Source: Patescibacteria group bacterium
Lineage (GTDB): Bacteria > Patescibacteriota > Gracilibacteria > Peribacterales > Peribacteraceae
Assembly (NCBI GenBank): GCA_023263945.1
Contig: JALQTW010000004.1
Coordinates: 3,095-67,094 of the forward strand
Direction of reading: 5' to 3'
DNA length: 64,000 bases
Shown here piece after piece: positions 59,241 through 64,000 of the stretch (position 1 is the first letter of the stretch; every line of letters begins with the position of its first letter). The notes below the pieces were generated by a model. That model saw only the letters and a program-made list of their open reading frames with translations. It was not told where the DNA came from and did not search any database. The translations under genes were made by a program, and so were the position numbers.

Positions 59241-59290
59241 TCAATCAAGAACCAACGAACTAATCAACCAGTAAACCAATCAACCAATCC
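59241..59290. repeat. AATCAAC/AACCAAC word array
   Basis: TCAATCAAGAACCAACGAACTAATCAACCAGTAAACCAATCAACCAATCC. Confidence 0.7.
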
Positions 59291-59871
59291 TATTCCTCCC
59301 ACAAATGCACGAGCGATTTCCTTTGCAGAAGAATCACCTGCGGTGCAATGGAGTGGGCCTCCACGTCGATTGCATTGATCGTCACCGTTGCCCTTCCGGG
59401 AGAGGGAGTTTCAAGAGAAAGCATGTCGGGTACCGCCGGAATATTCATGGACATGGTTGCCTTGGGAGGAAGTGTCCAGCGGACGAAGCCAAACAGAGGA
59501 GGTTCGGCCGTGACATCTTTCAGGGGGACACCGCTCACTTCCGTTCTATGCCAGGATGCCGGAAGACTGATTTTCATAAGTTGCACAGGATCTCCGTGAA
59601 CGATGACGTATCCTTTTTCGCCACTCCTGCTGATATCCACTTGTGCTTCGATAGATTTTTCATATTCCAATCCAATCGTCACGGTCGCTTTCGGTGGTGA
59701 GACCGATGCTTCACTGAGAAGTGTGGAGAACGTCTGCGATACAATACTGCTTAAGAGAACAAGAATAAAGGTCGCCCCGCCCGCGATGCATGTGCGGATG
59801 AAAGCACCACGCAGGAGCACGCGTTTGGATTTTTTTCCGGAACGAGATTTCTTCTTTTTTTTGGGGGGCAT
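59290..59871 (-). CDS. Hypothetical membrane-anchored protein (Lys-rich N-terminus, one TM)
   Basis: MPPKKKKKSRSGKKSKR, then TM CIAGGATFILVLLSSIV. TGCTATGCT plus GTTCTT (6 nt) precedes ATG 59871, a leaderless layout. Confidence 0.45.
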   Translation of the reverse strand: MPPKKKKKSRSGKKSKRVLLRGAFIRTCIAGGATFILVLLSSIVSQTFSTLLSEASVSPPKATVTIGLEYEKSIEAQVDISRSGEKGYVIVHGDPVQLMKISLPASWHRTEVSGVPLKDVTAEPPLFGFVRWTLPPKATMSMNIPAVPDMLSLETPSPGRATVTINAIDVEAHSIAPQVILLQRKSLVHLWEE

Positions 59872-59924
59872 AAGAACAGCATAGCAAAAAACATGTAGGC
59901 TGGCATGTATTGCTTTCTATCTTC

Positions 59925-59933
59925 TGTTACACT
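59925..59933 (+). promoter_or_regulatory. Extended -10 promoter (TGTTACACT), leaderless
   Basis: TGT-TACACT, then TCCCGTG (7 nt), then ATG 59941. It is divergent from the TATGCT promoter at 59878-59883. Confidence 0.45.
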
Positions 59934-59940
59934 TCCCGTG

Positions 59941-62634
59941 ATGCCTATGTACAGAATTCTACCCCGACGAATTTGGCTTGCTACCTTGGCACTTCTAACA
60001 CTGGTCGTTATCTATATTTTTATAGCGTCCCTAAAAGTTTTTGATCCATTTCGTGCAACACTTCCACCGGATATCAGTGGTCGTCCTCCATACATCATCT
60101 CGACGAATCCTTATCCGACACTCAACGTTATAGCAGGGACAGAAGCATCCATCCTTATTGCAAGTCTTAAACAAGGATACGCCTCGCGCGACCCTGTAAC
60201 GGGTATTGTCAAAACGATTCCCGTTTCCCTTGTGGGGAACGTGCCTACTGGTATGCAGATCAATCCGCTTGTTATTTCAGTGCCTAATGGAACAAGTAGT
60301 GTCCCCGTTGAAGTGTATCGTCTTGCATGGACTCCGCCGGTCGATGGAATTGGAGACTTTCCCGTGACACTTACATCCTCTGTGACGATGAATGGAGTGA
60401 TCTTGAATGCGGATCCTGTGCCCATGACATTTCATGTTCTCGACAGACAAGGGGGACAACAGGGAGAGGTTGTTGATGCGCTTCTTGCGCGGCAACTTCT
60501 TGTCACCAACGACTCAGCTCAGTTTATTTCATTCATGCCGTTTGAGAGGGTTCTGCAGGCGATGGATCAACAAGAGTTTTTACAGTTTGCGATTCAAAAT
60601 GGTTTGCTTGTACAGCACTATCAAACGCCACAAACTGTCCACGATGAACTCTATCGTCGCGGACTAACTGGTGCCAATGTAGATCTCTTGCGTCCGTATG
60701 GACTATTACAGGCGCTTGCGACCGCATCAGGTGGTTCCATGCTTGTCCAAAATTCAGGTGTACAGACTTGGAATATTGTCTTCGATGCATATGATCGCCT
60801 AAAGGCTTCGTATGAAGAACGTCCGTTTGATGCACTTCGTGTTTTTTCTTCGCTTCGCCTGCTTACTCTTTTGGAAGGACGACCTCAGACGCACCAAGAA
60901 GATGCGCGTCGTAATCTCCTTGCTTATACGTGGTCTGCAAGTTTATCCGGGTATTCCAACATGGCCGATATGAAAGAGGTGGTGAATCTCACCTATAATG
61001 CAGATACACTTGCTCAACAAATGAAGAACCAGACAGATCCACGCAAACGCGTTCTTCTTATTCTCGGCATCTTTATTGGTGCGCAGGACAGTTCAACAAC
61101 GTCTTTCTTTCATGACGGTACAAATATGGCCGGATTTTTTGAAGCACTTCCTGGGAATCTTCCAACACCGTGGCTCGATAAATGGTCCGAGCAAGTGCGC
61201 CCACGCATGACGGCTATCGCGCAAGCACTGAAAGATCGCGGCGCAGAGATCACGGCCGTTGTGACAGACATTGAAGCGAATGCGATGTCTCAATTTGATT
61301 TAAAGACGACCTGGTCACAAAGTCGTGACGCTGTGATGAGTGATCCGCGCTGGGCAGAAATTTCCGACCGTTTGAAAGCGAGGGGACTTACCGATGCCGA
61401 TGTTTTCAATCTCGATACGTGGTCAAGCGGCACACCTGCAAACCGTTTTAAGGCAATTCTATGGGATGCCGTTATGGCAGATTGGCAGGCAGAATGGTAC
61501 GACAGAGGGCTCTTTGAGCCCTTCCGAGACGTCTTCCCCGATGTGCGTTTTATTGAGTACGAGCACTATCAACGAAATGATCTTGTTCCAACGCGATACA
61601 GAAAATTCCCACGCAACACACAAACAGTCGGTCACATTGTGGGAACGCATGCGGGGCAAAACTTGTATTCCGCTACGTACAATGCCGAAACATTCGATGG
61701 CGTTGTGGATAGTCCCATTCGTCCCCTCTCCGCGAAGGTTGCATCACTTGTGGCCAATGGAACAACCGTCACATTGACGATGACGAATGGAATCCCTGCG
61801 AATGTTTTGTCTGCAGGAGACACGTTCACATTTCTCGCAAAGGATTGTCCTCCGAGCGGACAGTCTGCATCGTCTACAATGGCATGTTTACTCTCAGGGG
61901 AGAGGGCGAATGTATCGGGGATTATTGGTAGAACGTTTTCCATAGCAGGTCGTCCGGATGACAATACAGTCACGTTTGCATCGACATGGACATCGCCGCC
62001 GCTCACGTTCCGCACGAATACGCAGGGGCTTTATCTGAATCCATCCACACACGACGCATACGATGCTCTCGTGGCAGATGTAAAACTTATGCGACAGATG
62101 ACATCCACTTCCACACTTCCTGTTATGCCTTGGGTTGTGCATCCCGCGCAGTATCCTTTGAATCGAAGTGTCATTGATCCTCTGTATGCGGAGCGCATTT
62201 ATCATCTTTCGCTTCTTGGTGCCGACGATTTCTTGCCATGGATTTCCGTGTCAAAAACAGATGTGAACTATGTTCCCGGTCTTCAGATCATAAATAATGC
62301 ACTTGTTGCAGTAAGTTCCTACATAGGATTTGCAGATCGGTTACCAGTTACGTTTGAAAACGTACACTATGGAGATGGATACGTGATGTCCGGTATGGAT
62401 GCAGGAGGGCAGTTTGTGTACAGAATCACCCCCGATCCCCGTGCCCAGACAACTGTGACACAGGAGGGAACATTTGTTGTCGTGCAAGTTGACGGTGCAG
62501 AGAAGCTGCGTTTACCAAATGCCATCATTCAATCTTCCGCAGTTCAGAATCCAACGGGCTATTGGGTTTTGCAATCGTCGCAGACCTCTCTCCTGCTCCA
62601 CTCATCTGCAGACACGTGGGCGTTACTGCAGTAG
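59941..62634 (+). CDS. Large anchored/secreted hypothetical protein (~898 aa)
   Basis: N-terminal TM IWLATLALLTLVVIYIFIASL followed by an Ig-like segment. It is a paralog of the next gene. Confidence 0.5.
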   Translation: MPMYRILPRRIWLATLALLTLVVIYIFIASLKVFDPFRATLPPDISGRPPYIISTNPYPTLNVIAGTEASILIASLKQGYASRDPVTGIVKTIPVSLVGNVPTGMQINPLVISVPNGTSSVPVEVYRLAWTPPVDGIGDFPVTLTSSVTMNGVILNADPVPMTFHVLDRQGGQQGEVVDALLARQLLVTNDSAQFISFMPFERVLQAMDQQEFLQFAIQNGLLVQHYQTPQTVHDELYRRGLTGANVDLLRPYGLLQALATASGGSMLVQNSGVQTWNIVFDAYDRLKASYEERPFDALRVFSSLRLLTLLEGRPQTHQEDARRNLLAYTWSASLSGYSNMADMKEVVNLTYNADTLAQQMKNQTDPRKRVLLILGIFIGAQDSSTTSFFHDGTNMAGFFEALPGNLPTPWLDKWSEQVRPRMTAIAQALKDRGAEITAVVTDIEANAMSQFDLKTTWSQSRDAVMSDPRWAEISDRLKARGLTDADVFNLDTWSSGTPANRFKAILWDAVMADWQAEWYDRGLFEPFRDVFPDVRFIEYEHYQRNDLVPTRYRKFPRNTQTVGHIVGTHAGQNLYSATYNAETFDGVVDSPIRPLSAKVASLVANGTTVTLTMTNGIPANVLSAGDTFTFLAKDCPPSGQSASSTMACLLSGERANVSGIIGRTFSIAGRPDDNTVTFASTWTSPPLTFRTNTQGLYLNPSTHDAYDALVADVKLMRQMTSTSTLPVMPWVVHPAQYPLNRSVIDPLYAERIYHLSLLGADDFLPWISVSKTDVNYVPGLQIINNALVAVSSYIGFADRLPVTFENVHYGDGYVMSGMDAGGQFVYRITPDPRAQTTVTQEGTFVVVQVDGAEKLRLPNAIIQSSAVQNPTGYWVLQSSQTSLLLHSSADTWALLQ

Positions 62635-62694
62635 CTTGTGATGATGTCTATGTTGCCTCGTACATTACGTGTGGTGGTTCATCAGTGTTCCTAG

Positions 62695-62700
62695 TACACT
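62695..62700 (+). promoter_or_regulatory. -10 box (TACACT), leaderless
   Basis: TACACT, then TTCCTCG (7 nt), then ATG 62708. The layout matches that at 59928-59941. Confidence 0.4.
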
Positions 62701-62707
62701 TTCCTCG

Positions 62708-64000
62708 ATGCGACGCTTCGCGATCCCTCCTGTGCTTGTGATCATTTTTCTTCTAGTTCTTTTTGCAGTGGGATCAGTGTTGTTTGTTTCCCGGGTAGCC
62801 CCGTTTTCATTTCGTGCATCTCTTCCGCCTGATACCTCCAGTCGCCCTCCTTTCATCGTTGCAACGAATCCATATTCTGTCCAATCGATTGCTGTTGGTA
62901 CTCCCTATCGTATTCTCCTTGCAAGCCTGAAGAATGGATATCCAACGCGTCTTCCTGACGGAACCCTGGACACGCTTCCGGTTTCCAGTGACCCGTTGCC
63001 AGAAGGCATGACGCTGAAACCTGTGACCATTGATGTTCCTGTTGGCACCTCGACCCAACGCGTTCAAGTCCGGGAACTTTTTTGGCAGCCATCTGTCTTG
63101 GCTGTTGGGGACCACACTGTGACGCTCACATCGACAGTAACGCTCAGCGGTACAACGTTTCAGGCAGACCCACTTTCCATCACATTCCGCGTCTTCAATC
63201 CTTCCCTCTCTCTCTCGAACGAAGAGATTCTCGATCGTCTCTTCAAGCGAAACCTCATCAATGCCACATCCTCCTCCGCTCTCCTTACATCTCTTTCCTT
63301 CGATGATGTCCTTCAGAGCATGACGACGGAAGAACTCCTCCGTGCGCTTCTGGCAGAGGGCATGATCACGAGATACACGACCTACGATGCACTGCTCTTT
63401 GGTCTTCTGTCACAGAATATCGATCTTACACCGCTCAAGCCGTACGGAATCTTGCAGGCTCTTGCTTTTCCTCCCAAAGGAGGAACGGTTCTCCGGCAGA
63501 AGGATCCAAATAAGCCCTGGATGATTGTGCAGGATACATATGATGATCTGAAGACGAACTACGAAAGCAATCCCTTCTCTCTTCTGCGTCATTTCACGCC
63601 TATTCACTTTCTCACGCTTCTTGATGACAGGATTGCGCTACCGTGGGGAACAGGCACAACGCTTCCCATGTTTGCGGGAGCGAAGGAAACATCGTTGCCT
63701 TCTGTGGCACCGAATGTTATTGCGAAGGTTGCGCTTACGGGAAGACGGTACGATGGTACCTTGAAAGAGACAGAGGCCGAGTATAGAGCCCGCTTTCCGC
63801 AAATGGCTCTACAAATCAAGGCGGCAACCGATGCCATGCCGGAAGGAAAGAGAGTGATCAAACTGCAGGGCATTGATCGCATGAGTGGTTCCTTATTGTT
63901 TGACGGAGTTTTTCCGCCACTGCGAAGCAGCACAGGTGCTCTCGTTGAGGCACAGGGATATTTTGCCCCAAACTACGATTGTTCCCAGGGCGCTAATCCG
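62708..64000 (+). CDS. Paralog of 59941..62634, 3' end cut by window edge (not in the ORF track)
   Basis: Hand translation gives MRRFAIPPVLVIIFLLVLFAVGSVLFVSRVAPFSFRASLPPDTSSRPPFIVATNPYS..., open to nt 64000 (431 codons). It aligns with VFDPFRATLPPDISGRPPYIISTNPYP... of the upstream gene. Confidence 0.5.
   Translation, partial: MRRFAIPPVLVIIFLLVLFAVGSVLFVSRVAPFSFRASLPPDTSSRPPFIVATNPYSVQSIAVGTPYRILLASLKNGYPTRLPDGTLDTLPVSSDPLPEGMTLKPVTIDVPVGTSTQRVQVRELFWQPSVLAVGDHTVTLTSTVTLSGTTFQADPLSITFRVFNPSLSLSNEEILDRLFKRNLINATSSSALLTSLSFDDVLQSMTTEELLRALLAEGMITRYTTYDALLFGLLSQNIDLTPLKPYGILQALAFPPKGGTVLRQKDPNKPWMIVQDTYDDLKTNYESNPFSLLRHFTPIHFLTLLDDRIALPWGTGTTLPMFAGAKETSLPSVAPNVIAKVALTGRRYDGTLKETEAEYRARFPQMALQIKAATDAMPEGKRVIKLQGIDRMSGSLLFDGVFPPLRSSTGALVEAQGYFAPNYDCSQGANP

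Noticed and set aside
1-64000. Alternative genetic code (UGA recoding as in some CPR relatives)
   Set aside because: tuf, rny, carA, folP, rnc and other conserved genes are full length under the standard code, and several genes end in TGA at expected positions (for example at 3099-3101 and 16232-16234).

Overview
The window looks like a chromosomal segment of a small-genome, Gram-positive-type bacterium. The gene content (pyruvoyl arginine decarboxylase, GH57/GH15 glycogen genes, a lamin-tail/SNase nuclease, pilin-like membrane repeats, SLH and LamG surface proteins) suggests a CPR/Patescibacteria (Peregrinibacteria-like) organism. That assignment is inference only, since the window holds no rRNA. 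The standard genetic code fits, because the housekeeping genes are full length.

Housekeeping genes: hisS (5' end cut by the window edge), one tRNA-Gln(CUG), gmk, folP, rpmF, nusB, rnc, rpsJ, tuf, rny, carA, purN, a cofE-like gene, a MutY/Nth-like glycosylase, an aquaporin, a BI-1/YccA protein, a prephenate-dehydratase-like protein, and a glycogen cluster (GT4 synthase, GH57, GH15, ROK glucokinase). No CRISPR array, rRNA, integrase or reverse transcriptase was seen.

Main points of interest:
1. A 12-kb run of seven co-directional genes (31.5-43.8 kb) encodes N-terminally anchored, poly-Ser-linked modular surface proteins. The modules are LamG, DUF11-like repeats, an Asp-box propeller, a Hint/BIL domain, a dockerin-like loop pair, 8-Cys modules and DUF4215-like C-terminal caps.
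2. A REP-associated tyrosine transposase (RAYT) is flanked by REP-like hairpin arrays, with a further REP cluster at 57.4 kb.
3. A consistent leaderless-promoter layout recurs: a -10 box, then 6-9 nt, then the start codon.
4. Nearly every intergenic spacer carries 7-8-nt word-like tandem or inverted repeats, and most of the words contain stop codons.
5. Six unrecognised genes sit at 49.3-56.3 kb, partly AT-rich.
6. A racemase / unknown protein / pdaD gene set lies next to a compositionally foreign hisS.

Functional interpretations of these six points are inference and are labelled as such.
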